Source: a virus (Duplodnaviria > Heunggongvirae > Uroviricota > Caudoviricetes). From it: a stretch of 64,000 nucleotides of DNA. The stretch spans positions 269,624-333,623 of IMG/VR virus record IMGVR_UViG_3300033067_001661, one strand, 5' to 3'. The position numbers and the translations under genes are program-made. The notes below the pieces were generated by a model. That model had not been told where the DNA came from. It searched no databases and saw only the letters and a list, made by a program, of their open reading frames with translations. Every line of letters starts with the position of its first letter. Position 1 is the stretch's first letter. This document shows, piece by piece, positions 28,797 through 35,527 of the stretch.

Positions 28797-29306
28797 ATGA
28801 TCAAATCTATCTTAGATGCAACCTGTCAAATCTTTGTAGCAATTCTTGGAAAGTTTCGTTCCAAAAAGACAGTCGAGGCACCAGCCGTAAGTCTTCAAAA
28901 CGAACAAGCGATTACCATAACAATCAAAGCCGACGAAGAGAATGTAGAAACAAGCATTCCCGTCATTACAAAAGACAAACTACTGTTTCAACCCAATACG
29001 ATGCAGGCAAATAGTCCTCTAGAATGCCCTATTCGTTCTAAAAATCAACAAGCGTCAACAGAGATATCTATTGACGCTCCTAAGATTGAAAACTTCAAAA
29101 TAACGATTGAATGCAATGAAACAGCCATCAATCATCTCAACAACCTTTGTAGGTTCTTTGAAGTGAATCAGCCAGACGCCCTTGCAAGAGGGGTTTGGTT
29201 GCTCACAATAGCGAGAGATGTTGAAGTTAACAATAAGAAACTTGGTATCATAACGACAGACCAGAATGGTCTAATTGTTGACGTTATGCCAATCAATATT
29301 GTTTAA
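28797..29306 (+). CDS. Hypothetical protein (169 aa).
   Basis: ORF with AGGAAGG-like SD upstream. No recognised motifs. Confidence 0.3.
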   Translation: MIKSILDATCQIFVAILGKFRSKKTVEAPAVSLQNEQAITITIKADEENVETSIPVITKDKLLFQPNTMQANSPLECPIRSKNQQASTEISIDAPKIENFKITIECNETAINHLNNLCRFFEVNQPDALARGVWLLTIARDVEVNNKKLGIITTDQNGLIVDVMPINIV

Positions 29307-29894
29307 GTCTTATCTACAATAAGAATACCATTACAAACAGCTTTGCAAAGTTCAATAAATCTATCTAGACATAAATCCGATTTCATCTTATTTATGTCTT
29401 TATGAACCCATTGAATGTTATTTTTCTTGTAACCTAAATTTGAATCAATTCTATCAAGAGAAGCGGTTGTTTTACCATTCTTATGCTCTTTTATAGAATT
29501 AGCAAAAACAATATCCAACCCCGTTATAGCACACTTTTTATTTTGTTTCTCGTACAAAGATTGAAGATATTCCTTGCTAATTGAATGGTCAAAAATCAAT
29601 TTCTCTCGCACTATGCTTTATGTGCGCAAATAACACGGATGATATTTTGCCATTAAGTTTTCTATCTTCAGCTTTACAATTTCGACATTTACTGCTTCTT
29701 CCAGAGAGTAGATGGTCTTGTATTATTTTTGCAGTTCTCCCGCATTCGCATATACAGTTCCATCTATGAGTATATCTTTGCTTTTTTCTTCTATTATCAA
29801 TACCAATAATAGGATCTGCCTTGTCTATAACATTCCATTTGCCAAACTTATTTCCAGATAAGTTTTTAGGCGTTTTCATAAACATAAATTGCAC
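29303..29894 (-). CDS. HNH_3-type homing endonuclease. N-terminal GNKFGKWNVI + Cys4 zinc finger in one frame, HNH (LDRIDSNLGYKKNNIQWVHKDINKMK) in the +1 frame. Either disrupted by a frameshift (pseudogene) or expressed by +1 ribosomal frameshifting.
   Basis: ORFs 29589..29894 and 29303..29611 overlap by 23 nt. Together they reconstitute the usual ~195-aa architecture (LxGxxFGxLxVI, CxCxCG...CxxC, then DRID..GY...N..W). Junction is at GAU UUU UGA C (29588-29597). Confidence 0.55.
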
Positions 29895-29943
29895 TCCACA
29901 CTTAGGTTAGTGTGAAATACAATATATGTGTTGAGATTCCTTC

Positions 29944-30093
29944 TTATTTATCCAGAATTGTAATTCCATTTAAGTGGTCAATCTCATGCTGAGCGCAACG
30001 AGCTTCTAAGTCTCTTAGATGCTCTTTTACTTTCTTGCCCTCATAATTGATATACTCAATGAGTATGTACCTGCTTCGAACAATTTCTTTTCG
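29944..30093 (-). pseudogene. def: Peptide deformylase C-terminal fragment (motif 3 QHEIDHLNG) without its N-terminal half on this strand.
   Basis: Minus-strand translation ...CLFPGFRKEIVRSRYILIEYINYEGKKVKEHLRDLEARCAQHEIDHLNGITILDK matches the PDF C-terminal half (CLS.PG...V.R...EGK...QHE.DHL.G). Upstream on this strand is only antisense of the acidic gene. Confidence 0.6.
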
Positions 30094-30133
30094 AAAGCCT
30101 GGAAAGAGGCAAGTTCCTATAAGGAGATAAGAA

Positions 30134-30334
30134 ATGGGACGAGAAAAGGAATTTGAAGACATTGAGGACTCGTTTGAAAGAGAAGAAGACGACGACCTCG
30201 ATCTTGACGATGAGGACGAAGACGAGGACGAAATCGAAGACAAAGAAGACGAGTTTGACGATGACGAAGAGTACGAAGACGATTACGAAGACGACGATGA
30301 CGACTTCGACCTCGACGACGATGACGAGTTCTAA
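30134..30334 (+). CDS. 66-aa hyper-acidic protein (about 70% Asp/Glu); DNA-mimic or anti-restriction-like candidate.
   Basis: MGREKEFEDIEDSFEREEDDDLDLDDEDEDEDEIEDKEDEFDDDEEYEDDYEDDDDDFDLDDDDEF. AAGGAG SD 6 nt upstream of the ATG. Strong terminator immediately downstream. Confidence 0.6.
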   Translation: MGREKEFEDIEDSFEREEDDDLDLDDEDEDEDEIEDKEDEFDDDEEYEDDYEDDDDDFDLDDDDEF

Positions 30335-30340
30335 ATTAAA

Positions 30341-30366
30341 CCCCGCTTCTTGGCGGGGTTTTCTTT
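30341..30366 (+). terminator. Rho-independent terminator after the acidic-protein gene.
   Basis: CCCCGC-TTCTTG-GCGGGG stem followed by TTTTCTTT. Confidence 0.65.
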
Positions 30367-30369
30367 GGT

Positions 30370-30990
30370 GAAAAACTGGCCGAGTTCGTTTGTATATTCC
30401 GAAAGAGTGAATTGAACGATAAGCAGCCTTCTGTAGTCGGAACGCAGAAGGCGAATGAACAAGAGTATTCGAGACTCTTATCTCTTCTCGAATAGGCTTT
30501 CCCTCTTTGGCCTCTGTTGTAAAGGGGGTTACGCTCTAAAAGAGCGGTCTTTGCTGAGAATTCCGACTTCTACAGCATTGTCTTGGAATCCCGCAAGGGA
30601 TAGCTGCTCAACAAGCTTTGCCTTTTCACTTGTTGACGTAGGTGAAAACAAGACGGCCTGACTGAATGAGAACTAAGTCTTAACGCCGACCTTAAAAGAC
30701 CAACTTAGTAACCGCTTCGGCGGATTCAGTCGCTTTCGCTTTTCTTTTAGAGATGCGTTGGCGGCTGAAAAGGTTGTTGCGCAGCGCAATGGCGCAATTA
30801 AGTTGTTATAGCGCATTACAAAATACTCTTCTATATACTGATACGGATTTGCGATAGCAAAGACGTATCACCGAGCGTAGCGAGGAAAAAGCTGATAACG
30901 TTCCAAACTCCCCTATCCCAATGAAAAGGTACAGTTTTAGAGTGCCGAAACCTGCTTCCAAAATTGAAATTTTCAAACTAAGGACTTAAC
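30370..30990. other. ~620-nt region with no credible ORF, rich in perfect hairpins including UUCG-type tetraloops; candidate structured non-coding RNA or relic. Strand unknown.
   Basis: Hairpins TATTCGAGA...TCTCGAATA (9 bp), CGCTCT-AAA-AGAGCG, CCGC-TTCG-GCGG, GCCTTCTG...CAGAAGGC; repeated GCGCAAT units. Only one 68-aa ORF of low plausibility. Confidence 0.3.
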
Positions 30991-30993
30991 AGA

Positions 30994-31308
30994 TTGAACA
31001 TCGAAGACGTACAACTCATGCAAATACCTTCAGAAATACTTCGACAGAAGTGTATTGAAGTTGATTATTTTGAAGATCTAAAGCCTTTTGCTGACAAGAT
31101 GCTATCTATTATGCTAGCTAACAATGGTATTGGGTTAGCAGCAAATCAGGCAAATATTCCCTGGAGAATGTTTGTAATGAAAACCGAGAAGATGAAGAAA
31201 CCAAAAACCTTCATCAACCCGGTTATTCTTTATGAATGCGTTCCATACAAAGATTCAGAAGGCTGTTTATCTTGCCCTGATGAAAGACTTCTTTTTCGAT
31301 ATTGCTAA
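30994..31308 (+). pseudogene. def: Peptide deformylase N-terminal fragment (motifs GIGLAANQ and EGCLS), truncated just after EGCLSCPDE.
   Basis: MNIEDVQLMQIPSEILRQKCIEV...ANNGIGLAANQANIPWRMFVM...FINPVILYE...DSEGCLSCPDE aligns with E. coli PDF from residue 1 through motif 2, then diverges and stops. The C-terminal half lies ~900 bp away on the opposite strand. Confidence 0.6.
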
Positions 31309-32002
31309 CTGCAATACCGTTCAGGTGTTCAAAATGAGTTGTTCTAAAAACTCTGTTACCTTTCCTCTGTAAAAAACCCTTCCAGAAGGCTATTCTACCT
31401 TCAGCCCAGGTCTTATCGTCAACAAAAGAAAACTCTTTGCGAACCATTGCGGTTAGCCCAAAGAATGTTTCGACAGGAGTTGAAGCGATTCTTAATAGAT
31501 CAATATCAACAATTAGATTCGCCTCATAATCCGCTTCAGGAGGGTTCTTGTCGTGTCTTGTCCATATAACAAGATCGTGAATTCTTCCGGCTCTTTCGGC
31601 TGAGAATCCCATACTAACAAGGTCTTCAAGCGCATACCAAGCGCTTTCTTCTTCGTTTGTTGTCGTCTTCGGGTTTAGACGGTAAATTGAATCGTGATAG
31701 AACCAGGCCAACAAAACGTCGTCAATTGATCCCTCAGAACAATCGCAATCGCTTTCAATTGAGAGTATATCTTTTACACCCTCAATGACATGGTTGAAGT
31801 CGTGATATTGACGATCAACATGAGGTTCCTCAGAGACTGGAGTTGCGTATTTCGCAACAAGAGTATCAAAGTTTGCCCTGGTTTGAACAAGAGCAGAAAG
31901 ACTTGATCTTGCATTGATTGCTCTGTCATAGATGTAAAAGAGATAATCCATCCCAATATCGGGAGTCAATCTCTTATCTGCCATCTTTGTGAAATCTCTC
32001 AT
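31223..32002 (-). CDS. Hypothetical protein, possibly an HD-like metal-dependent hydrolase (several H/D pairs). Weak.
   Basis: 259-aa ORF. YHDFNHV, WFYHDSIY, RIHDLVIWTRHD. Its 3' end overlaps the PDF N-terminal fragment by 85 nt. Confidence 0.3.
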   Translation of the reverse strand: MRDFTKMADKRLTPDIGMDYLFYIYDRAINARSSLSALVQTRANFDTLVAKYATPVSEEPHVDRQYHDFNHVIEGVKDILSIESDCDCSEGSIDDVLLAWFYHDSIYRLNPKTTTNEEESAWYALEDLVSMGFSAERAGRIHDLVIWTRHDKNPPEADYEANLIVDIDLLRIASTPVETFFGLTAMVRKEFSFVDDKTWAEGRIAFWKGFLQRKGNRVFRTTHFEHLNGIAVSNIEKEVFHQGKINSLLNLCMERIHKE

Positions 32003-32511
32003 TTCTTCACCTTCCCCTCAAGAGCAATCGCAACATGCTCAGGAACGTATTTCCTTATCTCTTTCTGCCATCCGTCGTAGCCAATCAAGCTTTTCACAAA
32101 ACTGCTTGAAACAATTGAGAGATCATGCGGCGGTTGCAGCATGACTGTTTCGACGGCAACGCCTCTATCTAAAGCCATTCTACGGTTGATTTCAGCCATT
32201 GTTGACTCAACGGAGAAATCTTCGGCATTTCGAACGCCTCTCAAGAGGTGAGTTGCTTTTTCTTGTTTCACGAAATCAACCAGGTAGTTCGGACCAATTG
32301 CCATTACCTTGACAGTCGGAGGAACACAAATCCTGGTCATTTCGATTCTCTCTTCAACAGAAAAGAGATACCTGCCAACTTTGTTGGGGTTTACCGCAAT
32401 GCAAACAACAAGCTCTTCAAAAAGTTGAGTTCCCTGATTGATTAGCCAGAGATGACCCGCAGTAATAGGGTCAAGGCTTGCCGCATAGATTGCTTTGGGT
32501 CTCATGACCAA
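31999..32511 (-). CDS. coaD: Phosphopantetheine adenylyltransferase (CoaD)-like nucleotidyltransferase.
   Basis: AIYAASLDPITAGH (T/HxGH motif), LLRGVRNAEDFSVE, SIVSSSFVKSL (ISSS motif). Collinear with E. coli CoaD (AIYPGTFDPITNGH...LIRGLRAVADFEYE...SFISSSLVKEV). 170 aa. Confidence 0.65.
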   Translation of the reverse strand: MVMRPKAIYAASLDPITAGHLWLINQGTQLFEELVVCIAVNPNKVGRYLFSVEERIEMTRICVPPTVKVMAIGPNYLVDFVKQEKATHLLRGVRNAEDFSVESTMAEINRRMALDRGVAVETVMLQPPHDLSIVSSSFVKSLIGYDGWQKEIRKYVPEHVAIALEGKVKK

Positions 32512-32535
32512 TTGTAGGTGCTAAAAAAGCACAAA

Positions 32536-33483
32536 TCAAAAATCAACCTCTTCGTCTTCTCTTAGGTATGGAATATCTGATTGATAGACAGCCATGCTGA
32601 TATCGCAAATTTCCCCAGAATGTTCCTGGGAGAGAACGATAGCCTCAGCAAAACAACAACCTGTCAGGTTTCTGAACGATTCAACAAGCTGACGGAGTAT
32701 CGTGTTTACTTCGTTCTCAGAGGACGCTCTCATAACAGAAAGAGCATGAATGCATCCTTCTGTTTGCTTCTTGGCATTATAGAAGTTTTGCGAAGAGCCA
32801 CCAACAAGATGTTTTCCAAAAAAGGTTGAATCTCTAGGTAGTAGACTTAGTACATGCTTATTCTTGTCATCAATCGTTAGTTTGCGCTTTTCAAAGTCAA
32901 GGATAGATTCTCTATGAACCTTTAGGGTTTGAACTTCATACGGATCTTCCATATCCGCAATAACAGCAAACCAGGATTCATCGTCCTGAACCTTAATTGG
33001 TTCGCAAAGCATGGTTTGTACATTTAGTTTGTGAATTAGCTCATTCTTCGGCTTGAGATTTGTTCCGCCAATAGCAAAGTTGCGATTGCCTTTTTCATCA
33101 ATATATTTTGAAATAGTTATCTTCAGTGTTGGGCTATCGGTTTTCTCTATTTTAGAAACTTGTTCGCCAAGACGGGCTGAGAGTCTGCTAACGCAACGAG
33201 CTAGCTCTTCTTTGTTCTGTATTTCAATGTATGGAACAAAGAAACATCCAGTATTGCAATCCTTATTGATATGCGTAGAAATATTGTCTTTATGAAGCGC
33301 AAGACCAAAGCAGGAAACATCAAAACCAAGAGGAAGTTTCCTGTAACCGTCTTCAATGCTATCAACATCATTAAAGACAAGCTCAAAACGAACATTGCCT
33401 TCGGTTATATAGTGAGGTAGACAGTTTCTGCCCCAACCATTAAGAGGTTCATTTTCCATTGATAACCTTGTCTGCGTTTGCAA
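32536..33483 (-). CDS. Hypothetical protein (315 aa), third gene of the ATPase cassette.
   Basis: ORF overlapping the upstream gene by 35 nt. No recognised motifs. Confidence 0.4.
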   Translation of the reverse strand: MQTQTRLSMENEPLNGWGRNCLPHYITEGNVRFELVFNDVDSIEDGYRKLPLGFDVSCFGLALHKDNISTHINKDCNTGCFFVPYIEIQNKEELARCVSRLSARLGEQVSKIEKTDSPTLKITISKYIDEKGNRNFAIGGTNLKPKNELIHKLNVQTMLCEPIKVQDDESWFAVIADMEDPYEVQTLKVHRESILDFEKRKLTIDDKNKHVLSLLPRDSTFFGKHLVGGSSQNFYNAKKQTEGCIHALSVMRASSENEVNTILRQLVESFRNLTGCCFAEAIVLSQEHSGEICDISMAVYQSDIPYLREDEEVDF

Positions 33484-34027
33484 GTATTTGGGTATTGACT
33501 ATACCATAGTCATTGACTATGTAACTATCAAGGTTGTTGGTTACTATTTTGCCGCAAAATGCCAGGTTCAAACAGAATGAACGAGTAAGCATTTCTTTTG
33601 CTGGTCGATCAACTCCCGTAACGTCAAAAACTTGAAACTCAAGCTTGTCAGAAACTAAGACAATCGAGTTTGTCAAGAGCCGAACGGTTAGATGGTCGTT
33701 TTGTGAAATATGAGCAGCAAGTCTGTCAACAAACTCCTCAGAGATACTCATGGAAGTTTCAACTTCTTTTCCTGCAACTCTTAGACACGCTGTTACAGTC
33801 TCGACCATTCTTTTTGTGTCAAAATAAGAACTTGCAACTAAGAAAACAAATGGTTTACAAGATCCTACCTTTGGAGTAAAAACCTTTGTAACCATATTCT
33901 TCCGAGAGGTTTCTAACAAGATTTTGTTTCTACTTAAAAAGATATCTTTACAAGCAAAACAAAACTCGCTAAGTTTCTGGGAGAGAATGTTAAATCGTGA
34001 TTTGTTTTCTTCCATGTGAATACTCAA
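33449..34027 (-). CDS. Hypothetical protein (192 aa), second gene of the ATPase cassette.
   Basis: Start overlaps the ATPase stop by 4 nt (translational coupling). Confidence 0.4.
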   Translation of the reverse strand: MSIHMEENKSRFNILSQKLSEFCFACKDIFLSRNKILLETSRKNMVTKVFTPKVGSCKPFVFLVASSYFDTKRMVETVTACLRVAGKEVETSMSISEEFVDRLAAHISQNDHLTVRLLTNSIVLVSDKLEFQVFDVTGVDRPAKEMLTRSFCLNLAFCGKIVTNNLDSYIVNDYGIVNTQILANADKVINGK

Positions 34028-35034
34028 TCAACAAGAGGCTGACCCTTGATGATTGGTATATCGAATAAGCAGCTATCCCCAAACTTGTTTTTCACGTGAT
34101 CAATCATAATGCTACTATGAGTTGTCACAATAAACTGTTTAGTTGGAAACTTTTCCAGTATCTTTTCCAGCATTTTTACATGCCTTTTAAAGTATACATG
34201 CATTTCTATATTATCAACGAGAACGATATCGCTTTTGTCAATAACAGCAGGGTCGCAGAGATTTCTTAGAAGCGTTGCAATCTTCTTCTCTCCTGCGCTC
34301 ATGGATTTGTAATGGACTTTAACTTCACCCTTCTGAATCACAAAGTCCTGATAGAATGCAAGTTCAGCATTTTTGTGGTCAGAAAGATGAGCGTAAATCT
34401 CTTCCTTTGAAACTGTTGGTTTTGATTCTGAGGAAGCGATTGCTTTGTAGTTATTTGCGTAAACGCTTATAATCTCTTTAAGAGACTCATTACCCGCTTC
34501 AACGCCTGTAGCTGAAACAGGTTTCTCAACAAAACACTTGTACCCATATATTGCTTCTGCAAGTTCAAGAAAAAGCTCAATCCTCTCGGACGGGATTTGG
34601 AACTTACTATTGTTTATAGGATGGTCTGCGTCAATGAATACTATGTTTTCAGAACCTAGATTTGCAAGATCGTTTCTTATAACATCATCGTCTTTGATGT
34701 GAACGATAAGCTCTTCGCCTTTCTGGTTTTCAAATATAGCAATCATTTCCATATCTTCGTTGTACTTTGTAAAACCTGCGTAGTTTGGGTCGTAGTCTGG
34801 ATGGAACTGCATCTTCCTTAGAAGAAGGTTCTCTTCGTCTTTCTTTCTTTTTGAGTATGCCTTGGCTCTAGAAAGAACAGCAATAGCATTAAGCCCTGTG
34901 CTTTTTCCGCAACCGTTTGGCCCAAAGAATACGCAAAGAGGTTTATAAGAACCGTTGTTATATGTGAATCTGAAAATGCTTCGCTTATTGAAACCTGCGT
35001 AGTTGGATAGTTCTAGTGAACGAATTTTGAGCAT
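34024..35034 (-). CDS. ABC/SMC-type ATPase of the AAA_15/AAA_21 (RecF/OLD-like) class.
   Basis: Walker A FFGPNGCGKST. ABC-signature-like MSAGEKK. Walker B IVLVDNIEMHV. H-loop-like VTTHSS. No fused nuclease domain. Confidence 0.7.
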   Translation of the reverse strand: MLKIRSLELSNYAGFNKRSIFRFTYNNGSYKPLCVFFGPNGCGKSTGLNAIAVLSRAKAYSKRKKDEENLLLRKMQFHPDYDPNYAGFTKYNEDMEMIAIFENQKGEELIVHIKDDDVIRNDLANLGSENIVFIDADHPINNSKFQIPSERIELFLELAEAIYGYKCFVEKPVSATGVEAGNESLKEIISVYANNYKAIASSESKPTVSKEEIYAHLSDHKNAELAFYQDFVIQKGEVKVHYKSMSAGEKKIATLLRNLCDPAVIDKSDIVLVDNIEMHVYFKRHVKMLEKILEKFPTKQFIVTTHSSIMIDHVKNKFGDSCLFDIPIIKGQPLVD

Positions 35035-35041
35035 GAAAAAA

Positions 35042-35075
35042 CCTCCTGACTAACCGTTTATCGGCAATCAGGAGG
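35042..35075 (-). promoter_or_regulatory. Perfect 8-bp hairpin (CCTCCTGA...TCAGGAGG) followed by U6, directly upstream of the ATPase start. Acts as a terminator for the upstream gene and sequesters the ATPase Shine-Dalgarno (GGAGG).
   Basis: Minus strand reads CCTCCTGATTGCCGATAAACGGTTAGTCAGGAGGTTTTTTC-ATG. The 3' arm contains the only SD for the ATG at 35034. Confidence 0.5.
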
Positions 35076-35095
35076 TCGGAAAGGGGGTAGCAATT

Positions 35096-35344
35096 TTAGT
35101 TCTTTGGTTTTGCCTTTTTCTTGGCCTTTTTAGGTTCAGGGTTTTTCTTTTGGAACCAGCCCATCTGATTCAGAATGACGGTCGGCTCAATCGGGTTCTC
35201 GTCGTCCTCTACTCCAAGAAATACAAACGCAAACCTTTTGCCCTTTGGGGACTTAAAGGTTACGTTCATGCCGCCACCAAGTTTGTTGACGAAGCTGGTT
35301 GTTGCTACAACCTGCCCTCTATTTAGAGAAAAAGCGCTTGACAT
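35096..35344 (-). CDS. Small protein (82 aa) with a lysine-rich basic C-terminal tail (KKAKKKAKPKN).
   Basis: ORF with stop in an AAG AAC TAA A context. Possible nucleic-acid-binding tail. Confidence 0.4.
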   Translation of the reverse strand: MSSAFSLNRGQVVATTSFVNKLGGGMNVTFKSPKGKRFAFVFLGVEDDENPIEPTVILNQMGWFQKKNPEPKKAKKKAKPKN

Positions 35345-35527
35345 TCTTGACCTTTTCGGAAATCTTGTAACAGAACCATGAAATCATGGCAAGGATTGCC
35401 ATGCCCATAACATGCTTTTGATGCATAGCACTATTGCGGTCGGATTCCTCGGCAACAGGTTGCATGAAATCTTCAAACTTCTTACTCATAAGCAATCCCC
35501 CGCCCTTTCGAGTAGGGGACTGTTGTA

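Noticed and set aside
29944-30243. 99-aa minus-strand ORF beginning with a poly-Ser tract.
   Set aside because: Its N-terminal half is simply the antisense of the hyper-acidic plus-strand gene (GAn/GAC repeats read as Ser codons). Only the C-terminal ~50 codons (PDF fragment) are meaningful. Annotated instead as a def pseudogene fragment.
30370-30990. Search by eye for tRNA or tmRNA genes in the long non-coding region (and elsewhere).
   Set aside because: No GTTCGAATC-type T-loop with matching acceptor stem found. Cannot exclude without tRNAscan/Aragorn, so reported only as an unspecified structured region.
35051-35066. GCCGATAA (sigma-28 -10 consensus) in the loop of the hairpin upstream of the ATPase gene, as a cognate promoter for the phage FliA-like sigma.
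   Set aside because: No TAAA -35 element at the required ~15-nt spacing. A single 8-mer match is likely coincidental.
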